64,000 nucleotides of DNA from Eledone cirrhosa. Its lineage: Eukaryota. Every line of letters begins with the position of its first letter. Within the stretch, counting starts at the first letter, position 1. This document shows, in pieces, positions 1 to 14,148 of this stretch. The notes beneath the pieces are model-generated. The model was not told the origin of the DNA. It saw only the letters and a list, made by a program, of their open reading frames with translations, and searched no databases. The position numbers and the translations under genes were made by a program. The stretch lies in contig OZ024764.1 in the NCBI GenBank assembly GCA_964016885.1, forward strand, positions 6,634,001 through 6,698,000. Reading direction: 5' to 3'.

Positions 1-600
1 TTTAATTGAATGAACTAACCCTTTAAAATTAGGTGGTTAGGGGCTGTGTTGGATGTGGAGTGAGATGGTATCAAATTAGTTAATGTCCTTTGATGAGAAA
101 ATTTTTGTGTTTGCTTCTCTTGATCAGGTCTAAACAGCAGCTAAGATGCAGCCTACAATCTTGGGTTGAAAGGAAAAGACATTGTATAATAAGGATAATA
201 TTTGTGATCCCAGTGGACGAGATTGGTCATAACTGGACTCTCGTTGATCATAGGTCTGGCTGTCTGTCTGTCCAATTTGAGTTAGGGTTCTCAGTGACAA
301 CTTTGCATAGTTTTTTTTTTTTTTTTCTTATTCTTCTTCTTCCATGCTTGGTACAATATAAAGTAGATACCATCCACCCAACACCAACTATCGAGGCCCT
401 GTCTTATTGGGAGAGAGGTTATTCATTGTCTGAGGTACAACAATGGCTCAAATGTTCCCCGGATACCCAACATCAAAGCCTACCAGGATTCAACTCTCAT
501 GTCTGTCTTTTCCCCTTTATCTTTATCTATATATCTATATCTCCCTCTCTCTATATATATATGTATATATATCCCACTCTTTCTTTATAAATGCATCTAT

Positions 601-790
601 ATGAAAAGAGTCAGGACCCCGACAGCTGAGCTCCGGCCATTTCGATAGCTAGGTGTTCGAACCTAGCTGTCGAAACTGCCAGAGCTCAGCCATCGGGGTC
701 ATAATATTTCCTGTTACCCACTCTACTACCCATAGTATTGAGTACTCTGGTGGGTTATGGTCCATCTGGTATCTTACCCCACCCTCTTTG
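601..790. mobile_element. Short fold-back repeat in TA microsatellite (PLE pseudo-LTR-like family A)
   Basis: Inverted arms gaccccga..ttcgatagctagg / cctagctgtcgaaa..tcggggtc, then a tail with GAGTACTC. Related copies at 5702-5895, 11549-11715 and 22048-22165. Confidence 0.6.
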
Positions 791-1136
791 TTCTATATAT
801 GTATATATATATATAAATAAATCTCCCACTCTCTTTAAATCCCTCTCGTTATAGATATATATATATATCTTTATATTTATATATATATATATCCTCTCCC
901 CCTCTCTCTCTCTCTCCTCTCACTCACTCTCTCTCTCCCTCTCTCCTCTCTCTCTCTCTCTCCTCATATATATATATATATATATATATACTGTTTCTAC
1001 CTTCTTTCATCTGTATCTTCCCCCTCTCTCTCTCCTCTCTCTCTCCCTCTCTCATCTCTCTCCCCTCTCTCTCCTCCCTCTCTCTCTCTCTCCTCTCTCT
1101 CTCTCTCCCTCTCTCCTCTCTCTCTCCCTCTCTCTC

Positions 1137-1168
<32 letters not shown>

Positions 1169-1627
1169 CTGTTTCTACCTTCTTTCATCTGTATCTCCCC
1201 CCCCCTCTCCCTTCTCCCCCTTCTTCCCCCCCCCTCTCCCTTCTCCCCCTTCTTCCCCCCCTCTCTCCCTTCTCCCCCTTCTTCCCCCCCTCTCTCTCTC
1301 CCTCTCTCTCTCTCCCTCTCTCTCTCTCCCTCTCTCTCTGTAAAACCCAATCAAATATAACTCTCCCCACCTTTATAAAACCTATCACTTTATTACAAAC
1401 CTATATTACTATGACTACATACCCGGTTATCCCCTGCCCTACCCCAATAATGGCCTTAAGGAAGGCAGAAATGTCACCCGTTCTAGACCTTAGTCTCTGG
1501 CCATACGTGAGGACACCTATAACATGTATTTTTGGAAAAAAATATTTTAACAATTACATCAATCTCTCTCTCTGTATGTATGTATATATATATATATATC
1601 ATATATATATATATCATATATATATAT

Positions 1628-1668
<41 letters not shown>

Positions 1669-2024
1669 TATATATATATCATATATATATATATATATTT
1701 ATATATCATATATATATATATATATATAATATATATATATATTTATATATCATATATATATATATATATATTTATATATCATATATATATATATATCATA
1801 TATATATATATTTATATATCATATATATATATAATATACAACAATCTTGGTGCTGTGAAGTTGGTGCATTCATTGCTGTCTACTGATGCATTTTTTATTT
1901 TTTTTGTCATAACCTTGCCACTCCAGTTTATGGAGACCCCCCCCCCTCTCTCTCTCTCTCTCCAGAAGTATATATGTGTGTATATATATATATATATATC
2001 ATCATACATATATATATATAGTAA

Positions 2025-2256
2025 TAATAATAAATGTGAAGACTAAAATCCAAAGAGGGCTCGATAAGGATAAATATATATATATCAGTAATATATAAGA
2101 ACCGTAGAGCAAATATTTATTAAAATAACAGATTAAAGTTTAAGCAAAGAATCGCTGTTTTCACCCTTAACGGGATCTTCTGAGTTTCAGAAGATCCCGT
2201 TAAGGGTGAAAGCAGCGATTCTTTGCTTAAACTTTAATCTGTTATTTTAATAAATA
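2025..2256. mobile_element. Fold-back repeat with hammerhead-like CAGAAGA..GAAA core (family B)
   Basis: Near-perfect inverted arms of ~65 bp centred ~2184. Partial copies at 21020-21135 and 47708-47790. Confidence 0.6.
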
Positions 2257-2270
2257 AATATATATATACA

Positions 2271-2630
2271 TGTTGGCTGCAAACTCTGCTAAGAGTATTG
2301 CAATCGCTTGTTAGATTCAGATGTGTGACACTCGGATATGGCTTTTCAAGCCTGTTAGAGACTTGCACTCCTTCACACACTGATGACAATTATGGATCTC
2401 CCTGGCTTGAGGTCCTGCATCAGGTTGCCCATGAACCCTCACGACACCGTGGAGATCATAGTTCACTGGTTCTCTCTTAACATGGCTGCGACTGTGGCTT
2501 CTGAGACCAGATTTGCTCAAGCAAATTTTTCCACACTCAGGGCACTTCAATTCAATGGAGACACCGATCGTTTCAAGAGATACACCAGGGCATTGCTTAC
2601 ATACATCCCGTTTGATCTGACCTCAACACA
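2271..2630 (-). mobile_element. 3' fragment of an RTE-like LINE encoding C-terminal C2H2 fingers
   Basis: ORF 2317-2550: CPECGKICLSKSGLRSHSRSH and CHQCVKECKSLTGLKSHIRVSH, typical of RTE/BovB ORF ends. Confidence 0.6.
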
Positions 2631-2749
2631 CACATGAAACTAAGTTGTACATATATCTAAACATATATACCAACACACACACACACACATATTTCCTATA
2701 TATATATATATATATAAATACACATACACATATATATTTCCAATATATA

Positions 2750-3503
2750 TGGAAGAAGTTTAGGGAGCTGTTTCCTCTGCTGACTAAGAAGGGTTTCTCC
2801 CTTCGTACGAAAGGCCGGTTATATGATGCCTGTGTGAGGAGCGCGATGCTGCATGGTAGTGAGACATGGGCAGCAACTGCAGAGGATATGCGACGGCTGG
2901 AGAGAAATCAGGCAAGCATGCTCCGTTGGATGTGCAATATGAATGTGTTGAGAGAGAAACTGTGTCTGAGAGGGATAGAATGTAGTGTACGGGAGAGGAG
3001 ACTGAGGTGGTATGGACATGTGATGTGTTGAGAGAGAAACTGTGTCTGAGAGGGATAGAATGTAGTGTACGGGAGAGGAGACTGAGGTGGTATGGACATG
3101 TGATGTGTTGAGAGAGAAACTGTGTCTGAGAGGGATAGAATGTAGTGTACGGGAGAGGAGACTGAGGTGGTATGGACATGTGATGTGTTGAGAGAGAAAC
3201 TGTGTCTGAGAGGGATAGAATGTAGTGTACGGGAGAGGAGACTGAGGTGGTATGGACATGTGATGCACATGGAGGATGACCGATGGGTGAAGAAGTGCCA
3301 GGAAATGCCAGTTGAAGCAAGACGTGGTAGAGGTAGACCACGAAAAACATGGGCCGGAGGTGGTGAGAACAGACCTCAGATGGCTGAAGCTCACGGTGGA
3401 GATGACGAAGGACCGTGACAAGTGGAGAGATGCTGTGCTGAATAGGACCCGTCCCATCCTTGCAAGCAGGGAAGAGCGGACGTAAAATGATGATGATGAT
3501 GAT
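2750..3503 (+). mobile_element. 5'-truncated RTE LINE
   Basis: WKKFRELFPLL..LHGSETW..RLRWYGHV..GRPRKTW and a (GAT)n tail; same family as 35209-38400. Confidence 0.9.
2943..3262 (+). repeat. 80-bp tandem repeat x4 inside the RTE ORF remnant
   Basis: Identical units start at 2943, 3023, 3103 and 3183. Confidence 0.95.
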
Positions 3504-3814
3504 ATACACACAGACATGAAACTAAGTTGTACATATATGTAAATATGTATACCCTCACACATACAAACACAAATATATATTTCCAATATATATATAAGCA
3601 TATATACACAGACACATATATATCTATATATATATATATATATCAGTGGTGCAAACATATATATATGTGTATTTATATATATATATGTATATTTATATAA
3701 TTATATATATATATGTATGTGTATATCTATATATATATATATCGTTATCTCACTCACACAATTAAAAAGTATAACTTTATGACAGCAATTCTGTATTGAT
3801 AAGGGGGTTTTAAC

Positions 3815-3960
3815 GTAGGCACAAGGCCAGCAATTTAGTAGCAGAGGATAATCAATTAAATTGGTCCCCAGTGTATAGCTGGTACCCTATCAAGCAACAG
3901 AACAATGAATGGCTAAGGTGATCTTGGTCAGATTTGAACTCACCTCAAAACTTGAATTCA
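3815..3960 (-). mobile_element. Diverged tRNA-derived SINE
   Basis: ggcacaaggccagcaatt tail and gatttgaactca B-box complement; homologous to 9362-9546. Confidence 0.7.
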
Positions 3961-4375
3961 TTATTTTGGTACGATCATGTTTTCTATATATGTATATGTA
4001 TGTATGTTTGTGTGTGTGAGTGTATATATAGATGTGTATATATGTATTATGTGTATATAATGGAGACTACCCCCCCCCCCCTCCCCACAAAGTCACACCA
4101 AACCGTCCCTCCTTCCACGAGATATATTTTGCACTCTTTTCTTCTTTCCTTCTTTGAAATTCTTCATGTTTTTCCATATTTATATATGTATGTATGATAT
4201 ATATATATATATATTAATATATAAATATATATATGTATGTATGATATATGCATATGCATATATATTAATATATATATATATATGTATATATACACACACA
4301 AAATATATGCATGTGCGTAATATATGCTTATTTCTGTTCACACATTTTTCTTGCCATTTCTTCATGTTTCCTATG

Positions 4376-4420
<45 letters not shown>

Positions 4421-4457
4421 TGTAGGTGTATATATATGTTATATATGTGTGAGTGTG

Positions 4458-4490
<33 letters not shown>

Positions 4491-5002
4491 GTTTGTAGGT
4501 ATACATATATGTTATATATGTGTGTATATATATGTTATATACATATATATATATATGTTTGTAGGTGTATATATATGTTATATATGTGTGTATATATATA
4601 TGTGTGTGTGTGTGTACATATATTTATATATATATATATATATGTTTGTAGGTGTATATATATATGTTATATATGTGTGAGTGTGTGTGTACATATATAT
4701 ATATATATGTTTGTAGGTGTATATATATGTTATATATGTGTGTGAGTGTGTGTGTACATATATATATATTTTAAACGTTTATTACACCATGGCACTTGTG
4801 GATCCAACAACCAAGTCTTCAGCTCCTCCTTGCTATCATAACAATACAGTTTTCTATGTGTGTTGATAGGTGGGTGAGGTTAGTGTTGTCTTGGACCCCA
4901 CCCAGGTGTCATTCTGGGTGTTTAGGGGCTGATATGACTCCCTGGGGTCCCTACAATATTTAAAGAGCCCATCCAGGGTCTTCATACAAGCTTGATCCAT
5001 CC

Positions 5003-5139
<137 letters not shown>

Positions 5140-5155
5140 TATATATATATGTATA

Positions 5156-5236
<81 letters not shown>

Positions 5237-5299
5237 GTGTATAAATATATATATATATGTATAAATATATATATATATGTATAAATATATATATATATG

Positions 5300-5342
<43 letters not shown>

Positions 5343-5546
5343 ATAAATATATATATGTATAATATATATATATATATATAAATATATATATATATGTATA
5401 AATATATATATGTATATATACATATATATATATCTATATATCTATATAGTGGTAGAACACTGGAAGGTAATATTCGTAGTGGTAGAGCACTCAGTCCATG
5501 GGACGAGTTTGGTAGAAGTGGTAACACAACAGTTAGTTCACCATAC

Positions 5547-5584
5547 CGAGAACAATTGTTTCACCTTAGTGGATCTTCAGCTCG
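5547..5584 (-). ncRNA. Minimal type I hammerhead ribozyme in fold-back 5447-5655
   Basis: Minus strand reads CGAG CUGAAGA UCC-ACUAA-GGU GAAAC AAUU GUU CUCG, with stem I paired and a palindromic stem III. Confidence 0.8.
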
Positions 5585-5662
5585 AAATGCTGAAGATCCG
5601 CTAAGGTGAAACAATTGTTCTCAGTATGGTGAACTAACTGTTGTGTTACCACTTCTCTCTCT

Positions 5663-5701
<39 letters not shown>

Positions 5702-5705
<4 letters not shown>

Positions 5706-5895
5706 AAAAAGTATGACCCCGACGGCAGAGCACAAGCCGTTTCGACGGCTATTTCTGTCCAGAAATAGCCGTTGAAATGGCTTGAGCTCTGCCGTCGGGG
5801 TCATACTTTTTCCTATTTCCCACTCTACTACACTAAGTATTGAGTACTCTGGTGCGTTATGGTCCATCTGGTTCCTTACCATACTCCCTTTGTTA
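5702..5895. mobile_element. Fold-back family A copy
   Basis: Inverted arms of ~55 bp around 5758, plus a GAGTACTC tail. Confidence 0.65.
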
Positions 5896-5975
5896 TATAT
5901 ATATTTATATGTATATATATATATATGATGTTTATATATATATGTGTGTGTATATATACATACATACATACATAC

Positions 5976-6063
5976 CATCTCTGGTCAGTCCTTCTTCCAC
6001 AGCACCCCACCACCTTCCTGGTGTCCATGTCCAGTCCACATCTGACGGAATCTTCTGGAACAT
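5976..6063 (-). CDS. Candidate host first coding exon (MFQKIPSDVDWTWTPGRWWGAVEEGLTRD)
   Basis: Unique, more GC-rich island with ATG at 6063, an open frame and a GTATGT donor; no homology recognised. Confidence 0.25.
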
Positions 6064-6143
6064 TCAATGTTGTTGTTGTTGTTGTTGTTGAAATATTTTT
6101 TTTTTAATCTTGTCATTTCTGACAATATAACACCCATTAACTC

Positions 6144-6216
<73 letters not shown>

Positions 6217-6331
6217 CTCTCAATTTTTCAACCTCCGGCCAAGAATAATGAATAATGTTATTGTTTATTTTCTCTTTTAAATTTCTCTCTGAATATATAT
6301 ATGTATATATATGTGTGTGTGTATATATATG

Positions 6332-6366
<35 letters not shown>

Positions 6367-6747
6367 ATCTAATATATATATATATATATTATATATATAG
6401 TATATATATATATATAAATATATATTGATATATATATAAATATATATTTATATATATATAAATATATATTTATATATATATAAATATATATACATATACA
6501 TATATATATATATTATATATATATGTATATATATAATGTCTCTCTCTCAGAAGGCAGCTGTGAAATAGATCTTGTATTATTTCTTCTTCTCCCTCTTTTC
6601 AGTGTCAGTCTGTCTGTCTGTCTGTCTGTCAGTCTCTGCTGCTTTATATTTTGCTACTACTACTACTACCACTATTACTGCTACTACTATAATTGTTACT
6701 ATTATTATCTTTATTATTATTAACTATATATACATATATATATATGG

Positions 6748-6846
<99 letters not shown>

Positions 6847-6886
6847 CATATATATATGTGTGTATATATATGTATATATACATATA

Positions 6887-6947
<61 letters not shown>

Positions 6948-7357
6948 AAAAAATTTTTTTCTTTGAGTGTGTGTGTGTGTGTGTGGTCCTAAATTTTTTT
7001 CTGGTCCCTAATCCTCTCCATGCTCTGGCCCCTCTCCCCGAAACCCGAGCCTGCCAATCTTTCCTTAAATTTCTATAAATTTTTATTGCAAAAAAAAAAA
7101 AAAATATTAAAAATCACCAAAAAAAAACAACTTCTATATATAAAGGGCAACACACACAAAATAAATATGAGAAACATTTATAAGCTATGATGATGATGAT
7201 GATGATAATTTTTCTTTTCTTTTTCCTCTTCTCAGAATCTCTTTTTCACCCCTGCTCCCCCAGTCACCAATCAACCCCCACCCCACTTCCCCACCCTCCT
7301 GTTAACTCTCCTTCTTCCTTTTCAACAACATTAAGGAAACAAGCAGAAAAACACACC

Positions 7358-7396
<39 letters not shown>

Positions 7397-7431
7397 GTAT
7401 ATATTTATATATATATATATATGTATATATT

Positions 7432-7480
<49 letters not shown>

Positions 7481-7545
7481 ATGTATATATTTATATATAC
7501 ATATATATATATGTATATATATGTATATATATATATATACATATT

Positions 7546-7579
<34 letters not shown>

Positions 7580-7666
7580 CCAGGAAAAAGTTTGTGTAAA
7601 ATCATTTTTAAAAAAGATGAAATTATCGCTATTATTATTATCACTATTATTATTATTATTATCATT

Positions 7667-7701
<35 letters not shown>

Positions 7702-8253
7702 TATTAAATGAAAAAATAAAAAAATACAAACGAAGAACGAAGACATTTTAAAAAAATTATATTACAAAAAAAAAATATATATATACATTTAAAAAAAAAA
7801 ACAATTAAAATTTCAATGAATGACTGAAAGAAAAAACGAAAAATATCCCCCCAAAAAAACAAACAAATATTATGAAACCAAAATTTTAAATTTCTACGCT
7901 GCATTTATATATATTTTGTCCAAAGCTTCCCAATTCTTGCCATGAAAAAATTATAAACATTTTTTTTTTTTTTTGTCACATCTGAAAAAAAAATCTTTAA
8001 AAAATCTGAAAATCTGGAAAAAAAAAATTTTATCTGGAAAAAAAAAATTTTTCTGGACAAATCTGGAAAAAAAAAAAAAAAACTCTGGAAATCTAGAAAA
8101 AAAAAATCTCTGAAAAAATCTGACTTTTTTTTTTTTTTTTTTTTCAAAACAAAGACAAACACGAATATACATGCATGTACGTGTATATATACATTTATAT
8201 ATACATACATACATACACATATATATATATACATGTAAATGTGCATGTATATA

Positions 8254-8286
<33 letters not shown>

Positions 8287-8694
8287 TCACATATATATAT
8301 ACATGTAAGTGTGCATGTATATATCTATCTATATATATATATACATACATTATATATATGTATATTTATATATACATGTATGTGTATATATTTGTATACA
8401 CCCCTCCACAAACTCTATATAAACAATAAAAAATCTACGTTGGTGTTGTTAAATTTACTTTCCTTCATTTTTGAATGTACAACCTGTATATATATACATG
8501 TGTATCTCTTTATATATATGCGTATATATTTATAATATATATGTTATATAAGTATATATTATATATATATAATATATATTATATATATATATATTATATA
8601 TATATATAATATTTATATATATTATATTTATATATATTATATATATATATATTATATATATATATATATATTATATTATATATATTATATATAT

Positions 8695-9325
8695 ATCATC
8701 ATCATAATCATCATCGTTTAACATCCGTGTTCCATGCTTGCATGGGTTTGGACGGGAGTTTTCCCACTTGAGGCAAGAGTGGTTGTCTTGCTCGCATAGG
8801 ACTGTCTGGCGGGTTTTCTACACATTTACAGTGTGGGGGCTGGGAGGTTTTTACCGTGTTGCCTACACGGCCACATTACAGCGTGAACTGTCTGGCGGGT
8901 TTTCTACAGCTGGATGCCCTTCCTAACACCAACCACATTTACAGTGTGGGGCTGGCAGGTTTTTACTGTGTTGCCTACACGGCCACATTACAGTGTGGAC
9001 TGTGTTTTTTTTGTCGTGACACCTACACGATCTCATTTGTTTCGCCTGGATGTTGTGGCACCAACATAACTTTACATTGAAAGGGGCGGTGTGGATGGGG
9101 TGGGGGTGGTGGGGACGGGGGTGTATTTTGTTAGAGATGCCTACTGACTGTAGTAGGTTTTACTTTGTATTTAGGTAAGGGCGGGTCTTCTCTATTACTG
9201 AGTACCGCCAAAGCTCTCGGTCCAGTGACATTGTCTTGGAGAGGTGTAAGTGTGTGAGGTTCGGAATTTATCAGCTCGTCCCAGGTTTTTCTGGGTCTGC
9301 CTACTCCGTAGCTACCGTATATATT
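8695..9325 (-). mobile_element. RTE 3' end and 3' UTR fragment
   Basis: (CAT)n tail, GRPRKTWDELI remnant and gctggatgcccttcctaacacc motif; similar short piece at 9747-9973. Confidence 0.8.
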
Positions 9326-9361
9326 ATATATATATTGTATATTATATATATATATTATATA

Positions 9362-9546
9362 TTGGATTGGCAGTATCGGTAGAGAGTCGGACGCCATGCT
9401 TTCCAGCAAAGAGTTACGGCCCTTTACACTCTCAGTTCAAATCCCGCCGAGGTTAACTTTGCTTTCATCCTTACGGGGTCGATAAAATAAAAGTACCAGT
9501 AATGCACTGGGTAATTGCTGGCCTTGTGCCTAAAGTAGAAACAATT
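9362..9546 (+). mobile_element. tRNA-derived SINE with conserved central domain (MetaSINE-like)
   Basis: A box tggcagtatcggt, B box agttcaaatccc, core ctttcatccttacggggtcgataaaataaaagtacc. Confidence 0.8.
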
Positions 9547-9602
9547 TATATATATATATTATATTTATTTATTTATTTATTTATATTATATATATATATA
9601 TC

Positions 9603-9636
<34 letters not shown>

Positions 9637-10459
9637 ATATAATATATATATATTATATATTATATTATATATTATATATTATATATAATATATTATATAT
9701 ATATATATAGTATATATTATATATATATATATATATATTATATATTATCATCATCATCATCTTCGTTTAACGTCCATTTTCCACGCTAGCATGGGTTAGA
9801 CGGGAGTTGTGCCAACTTGAGGCAAGGCTGGTCGGGTGACGGTTGTCTCGCTCATATAGGGACTATCTGGCAGGTTTTCTACGGCTGATGCCCTTCCTAA
9901 CACCAACCACATTTACAGTGTGGACTGGGTACTTTTTACTGTGTTACCTACATGGCCACATTACAGTGTGGACATATATATATATATAAATATATATAAT
10001 ATATATATATAATATATTATATATATATATATAATATATTATATATATATATATAATATATTATATATATATATATAATATATTATATATATAATATATA
10101 TATATATATTATATATATAATATATATATATATATTATATATTATATATATAATATATATATATATATATTATATATTATATATATATATATAATATATT
10201 ATATATTATATATAATATATTATATATAATATAATAATAATTATATTATATATATATAATTTATTATATATAATATATAATATATTATAATTATATATAA
10301 TATATTATATATATATATAATATATTATATATATATATATAATATATTATATATATATATATAATATATTATATATATATATATATTATATATATATATG
10401 TAATATATATATATATAATAGTACTAATATATATATATACTATTATATATATATATATG

Positions 10460-10514
<55 letters not shown>

Positions 10515-10607
10515 ATGTAATATATATATATATAATAGTACTAATATATATATATATATATAGTAAAGTAAGTACTTACTTACTTTACTATATTATATAT
10601 ATATATT

Positions 10608-10830
10608 TATTAGAAAGTGAACAACACAAAATAACTACTCCATTACAATATTAATATATGTCTGGATCGTTCTTCAGACAGAGATGTTATCAGATAACAT
10701 CCAGACATATATTAATACATCCAGAAACCTTTGGTAATGGAGTAGTTATATATTGTGTTGTTCACTCTCTAATTAAATAGCTCTGTTCTATACATAGAGC
10801 ACTCTTTTTTTCCTTTGGTATTACCTAACA
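10608..10830. mobile_element. Fold-back PLE-like end with hammerhead remnants
   Basis: Inverted arms, GAAACCTTTGGTA and GAGCACTC; related to 42400-42850. Confidence 0.55.
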
Positions 10831-11276
10831 CATATATATATATAATATATATATATATATATTATATATATTTTATATAATATATATTTATATATAATAT
10901 ATATATATATTATATAAAATATATATATTATATAATATATACATTTATATATAATATATATATATTTTATATAATATATATATATATATTATATTATATA
11001 TATATATATTATATAATATATATATATCATATATAATATATATATATATTATATTATATATATATATATTATATAATATATATATATCATATATAATATA
11101 TATATATATTTTATATAATATATATATATATTATAATATTTATATTATATTATATATATATATATATATTATATATATATATATATATAATATATATATA
11201 TATATTATATATACATATATATTTTATATATATATATATTATATATACATTATATATATATATGTATATATATTAA

Positions 11277-11307
<31 letters not shown>

Positions 11308-11724
11308 TACAAATGTAAAATAGGGAGGGAGAAGGATGTCTTTGTTGGGGGATGTGGGGGGGGGGGGCTGTTATTCTTGGGGATATGTTTTTGTAGGGGG
11401 TTTTAAATGATTAAATTGCCAAGAGAAATTATTTACACTGATAGTAATAACCATAATTTTATTAAATTAAACCTAAAAAAATTTCTCCATTTTAATACCA
11501 TCCCTCTTCAAGAAAAATGTTTAACAATCATATACATATATATATATACAACGAAGGAAGTGTAGTAAGGAACCAGGTGGACATAACCCACCAGAGTACT
11601 CAATACTTAGGGTAGTAGAGTGGGTAATAGGAAAAGAATAGCTACTGGGTTATTTCAGATCTAGTCGTCGAAACGGCCGGAGCTCAGCTGTGGGGTGTCC
11701 TGACTCTTTTCCTGTATATATTGT

Positions 11725-12071
11725 CATCGTCATCATCATCATCATCATTTTACGTCCGCTTTTCCCTGCTTGCAAGGGTGGTACGGGAACTGATTCGGGC
11801 TTGATTTCTACAGCTGGATGCCCTTCCTAACACCAACCTCATTTACAGTGAGTGCTGGGTGCTTTTTTTCCGTGGCACCTCCACGACCACTTTGCAGTGG
11901 AATGATAGGGACCCCAGTCCCTATCATCTCATTTCTACAGCTGAGTAAACTGGAGCAATGTGAAATAAAGTGTCTTGCTCAAGGAAACAACACATCACCC
12001 GGTCTGAGAATTGAACTCACAACCTTTCGATTGCAAGGCCAATGCTCTAACCACTAAGCCATGTGCCTCCA
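11725..12071 (-). mobile_element. tRNA-head/CORE-like SINE with RTE-derived tail
   Basis: Reverse-complement match to 47353-47700. Confidence 0.85.
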
Positions 12072-12232
12072 ATATATATATATATTTTCATATGACCAAA
12101 GATTAATATGGTTCGTTGATTAATCTACGAATACAATTTTACAATAGATTAGAAGCACTCGACAGGAGATTTTCCTGGAATTTAATATTATTCAAAATGT
12201 TAATAAATGAAAAATATTCTCATAATCAAAAT

Positions 12233-12301
12233 ATATATTGTATTATACACATTTCAAAGGTACAATGGTGTTTCAGTACGTTTTCATCAGATAAAATATA
12301 T
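12233..12301 (-). ncRNA. Type I hammerhead ribozyme in PLE-like end 12090-12350
   Basis: Minus strand: atatattttat CUGAUGA stem II GAAA U GUGU AUA atacaatat. Confidence 0.75.
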
Positions 12302-12375
12302 GATTTGATATGTGACACCGCTACGGTCTTGATTATTCAATTCCAGTATTGGCAGTCTGCCAATACTGGAATTGA

Positions 12376-13608
12376 ATACTACAGACATGTGGTTAGAATG
12401 TCTGAGGAAAGAATCTCTGGATTGAGAGATCACAGCTCTGATACTACAGACATGTGGTTAGAATGTCTCAGGAAAGAATCTCTGGATTGAGAGATCACAG
12501 CTCTGATACTACAGACATGTGGTTAGAATGTCTCAGGAAAGAATCTCTGGATTGAGAGATCACAGCTCTGATACTACAGACATGTGGTTAGAATGTCTCA
12601 GGAAAGAATCTCTGGATTGAGAGATCACAGCTCTGATACTACAGACATGTGGTTAGAATGTCTCAGGAAAGAATCTCTGGATTGAGAGATCACAGCTCTG
12701 ATACTACAGACATGTGGTTAGAATGTCTGAGGAAAGAATCTCTGAATTGAGAGATCACAGCTCTGATACTATAGACATGTGGTTAGAATATCTCAGGAAA
12801 GAATCTCTGAATTGAAAGATCACAGTTCTGATACTATAGACATGTGGTTAGAATATCTCAGGAAAGAATCTCTGGATTGAGAGATTACAGCTCTGATACT
12901 ACAGACATGTGGTTAGAATGTCTGAGAAAAGAATCTCTGAATTGAGAGATCACAGCTCTGATACTACAGACATGTGGTTGGAATGTCTCAGGAAAGAATC
13001 TCTGAATTGAGAGATCACAGCTCTGATACTACAGACATGTGGTTAGAATGTCTCAGGAAAGAATCTCTGAATTGAGAGATCACAGCTCTGATACTACAGA
13101 CATGTGGTTAAAATGTCTGAGGAAAGAATCTCTGAATTGAGAGATCACAGCTCTTATACTACAGACATGTGGTTAGAATGTCTCAGGAAAGAATCTCTGA
13201 ATTGAGAGATCACAGCTCTGATACTACAGACATGTGGTTAAAATGTCTGAGGAAAGAATCTCTGAATTGAGAGATCACAGCTCTGATACTACTGACATGT
13301 GGTTAGAATATCTCAGGAAAGAATCTCTGAATTGAGAGATCACAGCTCTGATACTACAGACATGTGGTTAGAGTGTCTCAGGAAAGAATCTCTGAATTGA
13401 GAGATCACAGCTCTGATACTACAGACATGTGGTTAGAATATCTCAGGAAAGAATCTCTGAATTGAGAGATCACAGCTCTGATACTACAGACATGTGGTTA
13501 GAGTGTCTCAGGAAAGAATCTCTGAATTGAGAGATCACAGCTCTGATACTACAGACATGTGGTTAGAATGTCTCAGGAAAGAATCTCTGAATTGAGAGAT
13601 CACAGCTC
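12376..13608 (+). repeat. 65-bp satellite, ~19 copies, derived from LINE coding sequence
   Basis: Period 65 (12441, 12506, 12571); the unit reads IERSQL*YYRHVVRMSEERI. Confidence 0.9.
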
Positions 13609-13878
13609 CAATATTATTCTAAAGCAAAGTCTGTTTAATGTTTATTAATCAATTTAACATTCTTAAAATACCTGTAGACAATACCTGTACCTCATTTAAT
13701 ATATTTGATGAATATTGAATGAAGAAAATTAATGAACATAATTATATTTAATTAGATACAGGTAGAAGTAGATACACATCTAAAGAAGAGTCTGTTTCAT
13801 CTTAAAATACCTGTGTATATACACCTGTACCACAAACAATATATAGGGTGGAATAATTGTGTAGAAAATCGAATTTTA

Positions 13879-14143
13879 TTTAAACCAGCCATATCTTGCC
13901 AGAATTCTCTCACCTCTTTCTGTTCAAACCAGCCATAACTGGCCGCTCATACTGATGTTAACCCTTTAGCATTTAAACCGGCCATATCTTGCCAGAATTC
14001 TCTCACCTCTTTCTGTTCAAACCAGCCATAACTGGCCGCTCATACTGATGTTAACCCTTTAGCATTTAAACCGGCCATATCTGGCCAGAATTCTCTCACC
14101 TCTTTCTGTTCAAACCAGCTGTAACTGGCCGCTCATACTGATA
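13879..14143 (+). repeat. 93-bp tandem repeat, ~3 copies
   Basis: taaacc(a/g)gccatatc recurs at 13881, 13974 and 14067. Confidence 0.85.
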
Positions 14144-14148
14144 TTAAG

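Noticed and set aside
90-590. 166-aa ORF
   Set aside because: TTG start, runs through poly-T and microsatellite, no recognisable motif.
2317-2550. Host C2H2 zinc-finger gene
   Set aside because: Finger pattern and context fit a LINE C-terminus; no TGEKP linkers.
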